Both the position numbers and the translations under genes were made by a program. From NCBI RefSeq assembly GCF_003966335.1, contig NZ_CP034549.1:570001-602000 (forward strand): a stretch of 32,000 nt of DNA, read 5' to 3'. The notes below the pieces were generated by a model. The model saw nothing but the letters and a program-made list of their open reading frames with translations, had not been told where the DNA came from and did not search any database. Position 1 is the stretch's first letter; each line of letters begins with the position of its first letter. Of the stretch, positions 7,047 through 15,077 are shown in pieces. This DNA is from Nonlabens ponticola. Its GTDB lineage: Bacteria > Bacteroidota > Bacteroidia > Flavobacteriales > Flavobacteriaceae.

Positions 7047-9247
7047 TATTTCTGGTTTTCAACTTCAGACTTTGCACCGACCATCCAGAAATCTAGGTGT
7101 TTCTTAACAAGATCTGCATTCTTAACTTTTACATAAACCTCATCACCTAGACGGTAAGCATTTTTAGTCTTGCGACCTATCACGGCAAACTCTTCTTCTA
7201 CATACTCATAGGAATCATCGTCTAGATCGCCTAGACGTATCATTCCTTCGCATTTATTCTGTATGATTTCTACATAAATTCCCCAATCTGTCGCGCCAGA
7301 AATAACACCTAGGAATTCTTCATCTGCATGATCTTTCATGTACTTGACCTGCATGTATTTGATGCTGTCACGTTCTGCTCTCGTGGCTAGTATTTCCATG
7401 TCTGTACTATGCGTACATTTCTCTTGGTATTCTTCTTCATTGACTGGTTTACCACCATCTAGATAATGCTGTAATAATCGATGTACCATCACGTCTGGAT
7501 AACGTCTTATTGGGCTGGTAAAATGCGTGTAGTAATCAAAGGCAAGACCGTAGTGGCCTATATTCTCGGTAGAATACTCTGCTTTTGACATGGTGCGTAT
7601 GGCAAGCGTATCGATCATATTTTGCTCCTTGCCTCCTTTTACATCTTCTAATAATTTATTGAGTGATGCAGTGACTGTCTTGCGATCACGTAGGTCTAAT
7701 TTGTGACCAAAACGTGTTACAAATTGCGCTAGAGCCGTCAACTTCTCATCATTAGGCTCGGCATGGATTCTATAAACAAACGTGTGTTTAGGCGATCGCT
7801 TACCTATAAAGGCTGCTACTTTGCGATTAGCTAGTAGCATGAACTCTTCGATTAATTTATTAGCGTCCTTGGAAGTTTTAAAGAACACACCAGTCGGCTC
7901 GCTATTCTCGTTAAGGTTAAACTTCACCTCGGTCTTATCAAAACTCAATGCACCATCTTTCATACGTTGTGCACGCATTACTTTGGCGATTTTATCTAAC
8001 GTTAAAGTTGCTTCTGTGATTTCAGGTTTGATTTGAGTACGCTTTCGCGAAAGCGAGATATCCTCAGGAATATCACCTTTACCAGTTTCTATGATATGTT
8101 GAGCTTCCTCATAAGCAAATCGCTGGTCTGAATGGATGATCGTGCGACCAAACCATTCTTTATAAACCTTACCGCGATCGTCCATTTCAAACACGGCTGA
8201 AAATGTCAACTTATCCTCATGTGGATTCAGAGAACAAACGCCATTTGACAGAACCTCAGGCAACATAGGTACCACGCGATCTACCAAATAAACTGAGGTT
8301 GCACGCTCGTAAGCTTCACTTTCTAATACGGTGTTAGGTTTGACATAATGCGATACATCGGCAATGTGGATTCCTATTTCATAACGGCCATTTTCTAGTT
8401 TCTTGAACGATAGTGCATCGTCAAAATCCTTAGCATCTGCTGGATCAATGGTATAAGTAAGTGTCTCGCGCATATCACGTCTCGACGCGATTTCTTTATC
8501 TGTAATGATTTTATCCAGATTATTAGCGTGGGTTTCTACCGCCGCAGGGAATTCATAGGGTAAACCATATTGAGCAAGAATTGCATGAATCTCCGTATCA
8601 TGCTCACCTGGCTCACCAAGTATTGCTTTTACAGATCCAGTAGGTGAATCCTGTTTCTCGTTCCAGTCCATAAATTCGACGAGAACGACTTGACCATCCT
8701 TGGCATTGTTGATCATCTTTTTAGGGATGAAAAAATCTGTCTGGATTTTGTGATCTGTGACGTTTACAAAAGCAAACTTGTCGTGTACCTGTATGGTACC
8801 CACAAATTCGGTTTTATTGCGCTTTATAATCTTGGTAATCTCACCTTCTGGTTGCTGGCCGCGACGCCTGTGATATACATATACCTCGACTTCATCACCA
8901 TTGAGTGCCTGACCCAATGATCTTCTAGGAACCATAATATCTTCCTGCAGCTCGTTAGTTATAACATAACCGGTACCACGTGAACTGATGTCAATTTTAC
9001 CTGTGTAGTAATCAATTGCTTTAATAAACTTGAACTTGCCACGATCGACTTCTTCAATTTTACCTTTAGATTTGAGTAAGTGTAGTTTTTTAATGACCTG
9101 ATTACGGCCGCTCGCATCCTTTATACCCAGTTTGGCACAAACCTGCTTATAATTAAAGGTTTGGTCTGGATTTGATTTGAGTGTATTTGTTATGGATTGG
9201 GTAAGATTAGGGAACTTAGACTTACCGCTTTTTTTCTTCTTTTTCAT
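7046..9247 (-). CDS. rnr: ribonuclease R
   Basis: 733 aa. Lys-rich N-terminus, cold-shock-like region, RNB catalytic core (IDPADAKDFDDALS, HFTSPIRRYPD) and a C-terminal S1 domain. Confidence 0.95.
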   Translation of the reverse strand: MKKKKKSGKSKFPNLTQSITNTLKSNPDQTFNYKQVCAKLGIKDASGRNQVIKKLHLLKSKGKIEEVDRGKFKFIKAIDYYTGKIDISSRGTGYVITNELQEDIMVPRRSLGQALNGDEVEVYVYHRRRGQQPEGEITKIIKRNKTEFVGTIQVHDKFAFVNVTDHKIQTDFFIPKKMINNAKDGQVVLVEFMDWNEKQDSPTGSVKAILGEPGEHDTEIHAILAQYGLPYEFPAAVETHANNLDKIITDKEIASRRDMRETLTYTIDPADAKDFDDALSFKKLENGRYEIGIHIADVSHYVKPNTVLESEAYERATSVYLVDRVVPMLPEVLSNGVCSLNPHEDKLTFSAVFEMDDRGKVYKEWFGRTIIHSDQRFAYEEAQHIIETGKGDIPEDISLSRKRTQIKPEITEATLTLDKIAKVMRAQRMKDGALSFDKTEVKFNLNENSEPTGVFFKTSKDANKLIEEFMLLANRKVAAFIGKRSPKHTFVYRIHAEPNDEKLTALAQFVTRFGHKLDLRDRKTVTASLNKLLEDVKGGKEQNMIDTLAIRTMSKAEYSTENIGHYGLAFDYYTHFTSPIRRYPDVMVHRLLQHYLDGGKPVNEEEYQEKCTHSTDMEILATRAERDSIKYMQVKYMKDHADEEFLGVISGATDWGIYVEIIQNKCEGMIRLGDLDDDSYEYVEEEFAVIGRKTKNAYRLGDEVYVKVKNADLVKKHLDFWMVGAKSEVENQK
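8040..8055. repeat. iterated palindrome copy 3 (CGCTTTCGCGAAAGCG), inside rnr
   Basis: Perfect 16-nt palindrome, read as L-S-R-K in rnr (ISLSRKRTQ). Confidence 0.95.
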
Positions 9248-9353
9248 ATGTGGTAAAGTTACTCAATTACAAATGACAGTCTTGTTTAAGAAAACTAGTA
9301 GGAAAAGTCACACTACTTTATCATTACCTTAACATCTCTAGTTCAGTATGTTT

Positions 9354-9361
9354 TATCTTTG
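9354..9361 (+). promoter_or_regulatory. -7 promoter box TATCTTTG for a small transcription unit
   Basis: Exact TAnnTTTG match. It lies 8 nt before an ATG at 9370 and 39 nt before the ATG at 9401. Confidence 0.35.
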
Positions 9362-9400
9362 TTAAACTTATGTCTGCTCTTACGGTCATAGGTTCAAGAA

Positions 9401-9520
9401 ATGAAAATAAGACAACCCTCAAACCCTGGAAAGTTTGCATTTTACTTATTTCTGTTCATTTTTCTATCAGGAATAATTATCATGTTTTCTTTAAGTAGTG
9501 ACATACTCAACGGCATATAG
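9401..9520 (+). CDS. possible 39-aa single-pass membrane peptide
   Basis: MKIRQPSNPGKFAFYLFLFIFLSGIIIMFSLSSDILNGI has one clear TM helix. It is preceded by a -7 box and followed by a hairpin plus T7. A 42-aa alternative in another frame starts at 9370. The unit could instead be a small RNA. Confidence 0.25.
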   Translation: MKIRQPSNPGKFAFYLFLFIFLSGIIIMFSLSSDILNGI

Positions 9521-9559
9521 CCGATGATTTAGGAACGCCCTTTTTCTATCAACAACTCA

Positions 9560-9584
9560 AGCCTTCATTATGAAGGTTTTTTTG
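9560..9584 (+). terminator. short Rho-independent terminator
   Basis: CCTTCA-TTA-TGAAGG hairpin followed by seven T. Confidence 0.45.
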
Positions 9585-10054
9585 TTTCCCACTGTTATCA
9601 ACATTTATTAATAGTATCATTTTTCTTTTTTAAAAATTTAAATAAAATATAGTGATGATGATGTAGTGTGAATAGCGGTATAAGTTCTGGGCTTATAATT
9701 AGGTATTAGAATTTCTAGAGAGTTATCCTCAAATACACACAGGTTATTGACAGGCTATATGCTTCATTATCATATAATTTTCACATTTTGATAACAGTTG
9801 TCAATAAGTATTAAGGCTGATTAAATGTTGAGAAACTAGCATTATTTTTTTGTTGAATAAGCCATCATTTACATCTTAAAATTATCTGAAAATCTCGTGA
9901 CTTATATTCTTGCTTATTCAGAAAATATTTTCATATGAATTTTAAATCGGATTATCCTAAAACTTTCTTTGAGATAATATGAACATGTTATCTGGTGTTT
10001 ATCAATCGTGTAAAAGCATCATTGTTTATATCATGATAAACTGTTTATTACTGC

Positions 10055-10062
10055 TATTTTTG
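10055..10062 (+). promoter_or_regulatory. -7 promoter box TATTTTTG for rpiB
   Basis: Exact TAnnTTTG match 18 nt upstream of the rpiB ATG. Confidence 0.4.
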
Positions 10063-10080
10063 TGATATTAAACTCTACCC

Positions 10081-10512
10081 ATGAATATATCTATAGGTAA
10101 TGACCACGCCGGTCCAGATTATAAGAAAGCTATAGTATCCTTCTTGCAAGATACTGGACATCAAGTCACTAATCATGGGACTGATGTGCTGGATAGCGTC
10201 GATTATCCAGATTTTGCACATCCTGTGGCACAAGATATCGCAGCTGGTAATAGTCAACTGGGTATCGTTATTTGTGGTAGTGCACAAGGTGTTTCCATGA
10301 CTGTCAACAAGTATGAAAAAGTACGTGGAGCCGTTTGTTGGAGCAAGGAGATTGCACAACTAGCTAGAGAGCATAATGATGCAAATATTATATGTATCCC
10401 AGCACGTTTTACTAGCATACCTCAAGCGGTTGCTATGGTAAAGACCTTTATTGATACACAATTTGAGGGCGGCCGTCATTCAAGACGTGTGGATAAGATC
10501 AAGTGTTCCTAA
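10081..10512 (+). CDS. rpiB: ribose-5-phosphate isomerase B
   Basis: 143 aa. RpiB/LacAB signature (ISIGNDHAG ... VICGSAQGVSMTVNKYEKVRGA ... AREHNDANIICIPARF). Confidence 0.9.
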   Translation: MNISIGNDHAGPDYKKAIVSFLQDTGHQVTNHGTDVLDSVDYPDFAHPVAQDIAAGNSQLGIVICGSAQGVSMTVNKYEKVRGAVCWSKEIAQLAREHNDANIICIPARFTSIPQAVAMVKTFIDTQFEGGRHSRRVDKIKCS

Positions 10513-10518
10513 ATATAG

Positions 10519-10797
10519 ATGGAAAGAGACGGCTTACACAAACGCTATTTTGAACTAGGTAATGAACTGCCTGATATCTACCCTAGCAAAAGCTTTCAAA
10601 ATCACTGCTACTGGCGCATAGCTCTGGATCAAGTAATTAGCGATAAGTGGAATCATAAACTCGACAGCCCAGCTTATAAAAACTTATCAGACGAGCAATT
10701 GCAGCAAGTCATAGAGCTTCTAGAACATTATAAAGATGATGAAGTTTTATTGGAAAAACACAATAAGCAGTCGCTGCGCTATCGTGGTAAAGTGTAG
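10519..10797 (+). CDS. hypothetical protein (92 aa)
   Basis: Clean ORF 6 nt after rpiB with coding-like composition. No family recognised by eye. Confidence 0.55.
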   Translation: MERDGLHKRYFELGNELPDIYPSKSFQNHCYWRIALDQVISDKWNHKLDSPAYKNLSDEQLQQVIELLEHYKDDEVLLEKHNKQSLRYRGKV

Positions 10798-10840
10798 TTA
10801 AGACCGTCAACATTTATCTGACAACTGCTACTTTTACACC

Positions 10841-11101
10841 ATGAGAAAAGAGGCCAAAATCATCATACATCAATTGCGCACTGCCGTGCATCCACAAAAA
10901 AAACTGATGGAAATATGGCGTGAGCTAGAAGAATATGATGAGGACGATAAGCAGGAAACCCTAGACGATCTCGATACAGAGCGTCAAGATCTCATGGCTC
11001 GCGGTGATGAGGATTTTGGCAACATGCTCGAGAAAATCATTACTGATATACGCATTGGCGTCAAGCCACCCAAGTTCAACAACGTGCCTAAACGTTTTTA
11101 G
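10841..11101 (+). CDS. hypothetical acidic protein (86 aa)
   Basis: ORF in a co-directional run, with a highly acidic helical middle (EEYDEDDKQETLDDLDTERQD). No family recognised. Confidence 0.5.
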   Translation: MRKEAKIIIHQLRTAVHPQKKLMEIWRELEEYDEDDKQETLDDLDTERQDLMARGDEDFGNMLEKIITDIRIGVKPPKFNNVPKRF

Positions 11102-11104
11102 AAC

Positions 11105-11551
11105 ATGCAGTTTCAATTCAAAAAATTTAACGAATTAAGCCTGCAGCAGTTGTACGATCTACTACAATTGCGCAGCGAGGTTTTTGTGGTCGAGCAGGAT
11201 TGTGTTTACCAGGATATAGACGGCAAGGATCACAAGGCCGTCCACGTTTTAGGTTATGATTGTGAATTACTTGCGGCATACACCAGGATTTTTCAAGCAG
11301 GCGATTATTTTGACGAGATCAGCATAGGTCGAGTGGTGGTGCAGCAGCATTATCGCAAGTCTAATTATGGTAAACTTATCATGGAAGCTAGTATGGATCA
11401 CGCTTTCGCGAAAGCAAAATCACCAATAAAAATATCTGCACAGCAATATTTGGAGCGGTTTTACACAGATCTAGGATTTGAGGCTACCGGTAAAAAATAT
11501 CTGGAAGACGGCATACCACACATGGAAATGATAGCGTATCCTAAGAATTGA
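11105..11551 (+). CDS. GNAT-family N-acetyltransferase, ElaA-like
   Basis: 148 aa. The ElaA-type N-terminus ([32 protein letters not shown]) and the C-terminal [11 protein letters not shown] are typical of the family. Confidence 0.85.
   Translation: MQFQFKKFNELSLQQLYDLLQLRSEVFVVEQDCVYQDIDGKDHKAVHVLGYDCELLAAYTRIFQAGDYFDEISIGRVVVQQHYRKSNYGKLIMEASMDHAFAKAKSPIKISAQQYLERFYTDLGFEATGKKYLEDGIPHMEMIAYPKN
11402..11415. repeat. iterated palindrome copy 4 (GCTTTCGCGAAAGC), inside the GNAT gene
   Basis: Perfect 14-nt palindrome, read as A-F-A-K-A (DHAFAKAKS). Confidence 0.95.
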
Positions 11552-12599
11552 TCGCCGGTTTACTGTCATAGTATTTCTTTTTTAACCAAAAGGATAGCCT
11601 CACCAGCAATATCAAGGCTGGCACCTCAACTAGTGGTCCAATAACACCAGTAAACGCCTGACCAGAATTGATTCCAAAAACCGCTATTGCCACGGCGATT
11701 GCCAGCTCAAAGTTATTTCCGGCAGCCGTGAAAGATATAGCCGCATTCTGATCATAGCTAGCGCCATTCCATTTACTCACAAAGAATCCTATCAAGAACA
11801 TGATGGCAAAATAAATCATGAGAGGCACTGCAATGAGCAGCACATCAAAGGGTATCTCGACGATCATTTTTCCTTTTAGCGAGAACATCACGATGATGGT
11901 AAACAATAAGGCAATTAATGTAATGGGACTTATTGCCGGTAAGAATTTGTTTTCATACCAATTCTTTGAGAAAACAGGAACTAGAATAAGCCGACTCAAA
12001 AAACCTAGCGCAAATGGTATTCCTAAATAGATAGCCACACTCACAGCAATCGTGGACAGTTCAATATCAACGATAGCGCCGTCTAATCCAAAATAAGGCG
12101 GCAATACCGTGATAAATAACCACGCATAAAAACTATAGGCAAATACTTGAAAAATACTGTTGAGCGCCACTAAAGCAGCGCCGTACTCTTTGTTACCGTC
12201 AGCAAGATCATTCCATACCAATACCATGGCAATACATCGAGCAAGACCTATCAATATCAATCCAATCAAATACTCTGGATGGTCCTGCAAGAAAATAATC
12301 GCGAGCACAAACATTAATACAGGTCCTATGATCCAGTTGAGTAATAGTGAAATACTCAGGATTTTTACATTGGTAAAGACTTTTGGTAGCAGCGCATAAT
12401 TGACTTTGGCCAGCGGTGGATACATCATGAGGATCAATCCTATCGCTATAGGAACATTAGTAGTGCCATAAGAGAATTGATCGATGATGGACTCAACATC
12501 TGGAATGATGATGCCTAGTAAAATACCTATTGCCATGGCCACAAAAATCCAAAGGGTTAAATACCGACTTAAAAAATCCAGCTTTTTTCTCGCTGCCAT
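11541..12599 (-). CDS. ACR3-family arsenite efflux transporter
   Basis: 352 aa, polytopic. ACR3 hallmarks are [12 protein letters not shown] and the conserved Cys in [13 protein letters not shown]. It is the last gene of the ars operon, and its 3' end overlaps the convergent GNAT gene by 11 nt. Confidence 0.9.
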   Translation of the reverse strand: MAARKKLDFLSRYLTLWIFVAMAIGILLGIIIPDVESIIDQFSYGTTNVPIAIGLILMMYPPLAKVNYALLPKVFTNVKILSISLLLNWIIGPVLMFVLAIIFLQDHPEYLIGLILIGLARCIAMVLVWNDLADGNKEYGAALVALNSIFQVFAYSFYAWLFITVLPPYFGLDGAIVDIELSTIAVSVAIYLGIPFALGFLSRLILVPVFSKNWYENKFLPAISPITLIALLFTIIVMFSLKGKMIVEIPFDVLLIAVPLMIYFAIMFLIGFFVSKWNGASYDQNAAISFTAAGNNFELAIAVAIAVFGINSGQAFTGVIGPLVEVPALILLVRLSFWLKKKYYDSKPAINS

Positions 12600-12600
12600 A

Positions 12601-13209
12601 TTATTTAATTTGTTTGAAAACGTACTTCATCTCGGTGGCGATCTGCTCGCTGCGCTTGCGGTACACTTGGTTTTGTAGATCTGTCCCATCAGATGATTTA
12701 GGATCTTCATAAGTAACAGCGATACGTTTATAGGCACCAGGAATAAAGGGACAACCTTCATCTGCTTGTGAGCAGGTCATCACGGCTACAAAACCGCTTT
12801 TTGGATTTTCATGATGATCATACACTTTAGAAAACAGTACAACTGGCGATTCTTCTGGATCTATTGATAAATGATATACTGGATTTGCGCTGGTATCCAG
12901 TGGTTCAATGAGAAAACCCTGATGAGTTAATGTCTCGACAATTTTAGGATATACCGCGGTAGCCTCAGTACCGCCGGAATAGGTAATAATATGGTTGATA
13001 TCATAATATCGCGCCATCGCCGCTGCCCAAACTTGTCCTAGATGACTGCGTCTAGAATTGTGAGTACATATAAAGTTGAGACGAATGGCTGTGCCTTGAT
13101 CTTTTTGTTCCTGGATATAGCTCGTTAGTTGATTCAAAAGTCGCTTACGATCAACTGGGATAGTATCTATTTTTAAGTGATCTATTAAGTGTTTTAATGT
13201 CTTGTTCAT
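12601..13209 (-). CDS. arsC: arsenate reductase, LMW-PTP (thioredoxin-coupled) type
   Basis: CX5R P-loop ([11 protein letters not shown]) plus the downstream Cys pair ([15 protein letters not shown]). I chose the start at 13209 (202 aa) because the longer ORF to 13293 would overlap the upstream gene by 83 nt. Confidence 0.85.
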   Translation of the reverse strand: MNKTLKHLIDHLKIDTIPVDRKRLLNQLTSYIQEQKDQGTAIRLNFICTHNSRRSHLGQVWAAAMARYYDINHIITYSGGTEATAVYPKIVETLTHQGFLIEPLDTSANPVYHLSIDPEESPVVLFSKVYDHHENPKSGFVAVMTCSQADEGCPFIPGAYKRIAVTYEDPKSSDGTDLQNQVYRKRSEQIATEMKYVFKQIK

Positions 13210-13210
13210 A

Positions 13211-13675
13211 TCAACAACATCCAGATCCTGGCGCGCAGGAATTTGATTGTATTTGCGATAGGCGTACACGAGGCTTTTCCTGTGGTATGCCACAGGCGTC
13301 CATGGCTAGACAAGCGGTTTTTTTGTTGGTTAGTATATAACCATCAGCTGTGGATTCTAGATTGTAGATACCTATGGTCTCAACTTGATATTCTACCTCG
13401 ACAGGTACATCTGGCAGTCTAAGTTTTTGAATAGAAAGTTCAATGATGGATACCAGTTTCTCTGGGTGTAGTCTGTGGTCATAATCATCTGCTTCCCATA
13501 ATTGTAGTTTGATCGTCGTTTCCTCTCGTTCCTTACCACCGCAATCGATAAAATGACGATGATTTTTACCTACCTCGGTCACGTGAAAATGTGTTGGCAC
13601 CATCTGGCCGTTTTCCAACTGAAAAGAGATGGTTTTCCTCGACTTCAGGTCAAATAATAATTCTGATAATTTCAT
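13211..13675 (-). CDS. DUF6428-like protein of ars operons, Cys-rich C-terminus
   Basis: 154 aa. MKLSELLFDLKS...FQLENGQMVPTHFHVTEVG matches my recollection of the DUF6428 family. It ends in ...NSCAPGSGCC and is wedged between arsR and arsC with 10-nt and 1-nt gaps. Confidence 0.7.
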   Translation of the reverse strand: MKLSELLFDLKSRKTISFQLENGQMVPTHFHVTEVGKNHRHFIDCGGKEREETTIKLQLWEADDYDHRLHPEKLVSIIELSIQKLRLPDVPVEVEYQVETIGIYNLESTADGYILTNKKTACLAMDACGIPQEKPRVRLSQIQSNSCAPGSGCC

Positions 13676-13685
13676 CGTGATGTTT

Positions 13686-14024
13686 TTAGCAACAATTGAT
13701 TTTTTCCTTTGCTGGTGTATTTAAAAAAGTACCCAGCGTATCTTGTAATTGCGACCATACTGCTTGATTGATACAGTAGCACGTGCTCGTACCAGTAATC
13801 GTTCCTTGAATAAGGCCAGTCTCTTTCAATGCCTTTAAATGCTGTGAGATCGTAGCCTGCGCGAGGCCTATTTCTAGAACAAGGTCGCCGCAAACACAGG
13901 TTTCACGGCTTACCAGATGCTGGATAATTGCAATCCTAGCTGGATGTGATAACGCTTTCGCGAAAGCGGAAACCACCAACTGTTCACTGCTGTAATTACT
14001 AATCTTAGTTGCGCCCATATTCAT
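13686..14024 (-). CDS. arsR: ArsR/SmtB-family arsenic-responsive repressor
   Basis: 112 aa. Winged-helix core (FAKALSHPARIAIIQHL) with the As(III)-binding ETCVCGDLV motif. First gene of the ars operon. Confidence 0.9.
   Translation of the reverse strand: MNMGATKISNYSSEQLVVSAFAKALSHPARIAIIQHLVSRETCVCGDLVLEIGLAQATISQHLKALKETGLIQGTITGTSTCYCINQAVWSQLQDTLGTFLNTPAKEKINCC
13953..13968. repeat. iterated palindrome copy 5 (CGCTTTCGCGAAAGCG), inside arsR
   Basis: Perfect 16-nt palindrome, read as A-F-A-K-A (VSAFAKALS). Confidence 0.95.
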
Positions 14025-14041
14025 CGCAATATTACGATGAA
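14020..14041. promoter_or_regulatory. candidate ArsR operator dyad
   Basis: TTCATCGCAATATTACGATGAA pairs at 10 of 11 positions and spans the arsR start codon (14022-14024). The TTCA/TGAA-flanked dyad with an AT centre resembles ArsR/SmtB operators. Confidence 0.35.
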
Positions 14042-14057
14042 AGAAACAAAATAAAAA

Positions 14058-15077
14058 TTAATGGTCGATTTTTGTGATGTACAATTCTACGCGACGGTCG
14101 TCCCTATCGCTGCCACCTAAAGGCCTACTGCGACCGTAGCCCTTATGCGACATACGTTTTGAAGCGACGCCATTCTCATTGAGTAGCCTAAAAATAAGCT
14201 CGGCACGTGCGCTAGATAGATCAGACCGCATAGTATTACGATTGAGCGCATCAGGAAATCTAGGATTGATGCAGCACACATGACCACGTATCTCAAAATG
14301 AATATCAGGCCTAGCTACTAGTATCTCAATGACGCGTCGTAGCAGTGGTATGGAACCTGGATTGATAGTCGATCTACCTTTTAAAAAATGGATATTTTCT
14401 AGCTGTATCACTTCACCAACCTCTATGTCTTTGCGCAATAGCGACTTGAACGGCTCTTTATAATCTTTGTTTACAGGCGGTTTGATGTTAGTAGGAATAT
14501 TGAGATACATATCAGTATCTGCAATGGTGATCATTTGTTGGGAGTTGATGTTTTTGCGCACTCGACGTGCTACTTTTTTCTCGTATTCATCGATTACAGC
14601 AAGCTCATCGGCAGTAAGATCAGATCGTTTGATTTTCTTAATTTCAAGACGATTGGCTACAACCTTAGGAAGAAGAAATTGAATATCCACGCGCCTATTG
14701 CGAGCTCGTGTGCGCGCAACTTCTTCTGGAATTCCTGAATCCACAAGAGCAATTTCACCTAAACCTTCAATATGTTGGAATATATAGTTGAGATTGATGT
14801 GATGGTACTGCAGCCATTTAGTCACCGCAACCACTCGGTTTGTGGATAGTTGCTGGTTGTAATCTATGGTGCCACGATCGTCACAATAGCCTAGAATACG
14901 TACTTCCAGCACGTTCTTGTATAGTAAATTTTCAAATAAGGAATCGAGAGACTTGATCGACTCGTCCCGCAATTCATATTGATCAAGATCAAAAAAGACG
15001 CTGTGTTCTATCGTGAGCTGTGCGCTGCTTGTTGAAGCAAGTAGCAAAAACACGATATGTAGCGCCCAGGTTTTCAT
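14058..15077 (-). CDS. OmpA-family protein with two OmpA-like domains
   Basis: Signal peptide, then two OmpA_C-like modules (GYCDDRGTIDYNQQLSTNRVVAV ... NRRVDI and RGHVCC ... LSSARAELI ... DRRVEL). Its ATG shares one nucleotide with the upstream TAA stop (TAATG). Confidence 0.8.
   Translation of the reverse strand: MKTWALHIVFLLLASTSSAQLTIEHSVFFDLDQYELRDESIKSLDSLFENLLYKNVLEVRILGYCDDRGTIDYNQQLSTNRVVAVTKWLQYHHINLNYIFQHIEGLGEIALVDSGIPEEVARTRARNRRVDIQFLLPKVVANRLEIKKIKRSDLTADELAVIDEYEKKVARRVRKNINSQQMITIADTDMYLNIPTNIKPPVNKDYKEPFKSLLRKDIEVGEVIQLENIHFLKGRSTINPGSIPLLRRVIEILVARPDIHFEIRGHVCCINPRFPDALNRNTMRSDLSSARAELIFRLLNENGVASKRMSHKGYGRSRPLGGSDRDDRRVELYITKIDH

Noticed and set aside
13672-13893. 73-aa ORF overlapping arsR in another frame
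   Set aside because: The arsR frame has a clear family signature (the HTH and CVC motifs). The overlapping frame has none and would also overlap the start of the DUF6428 gene.
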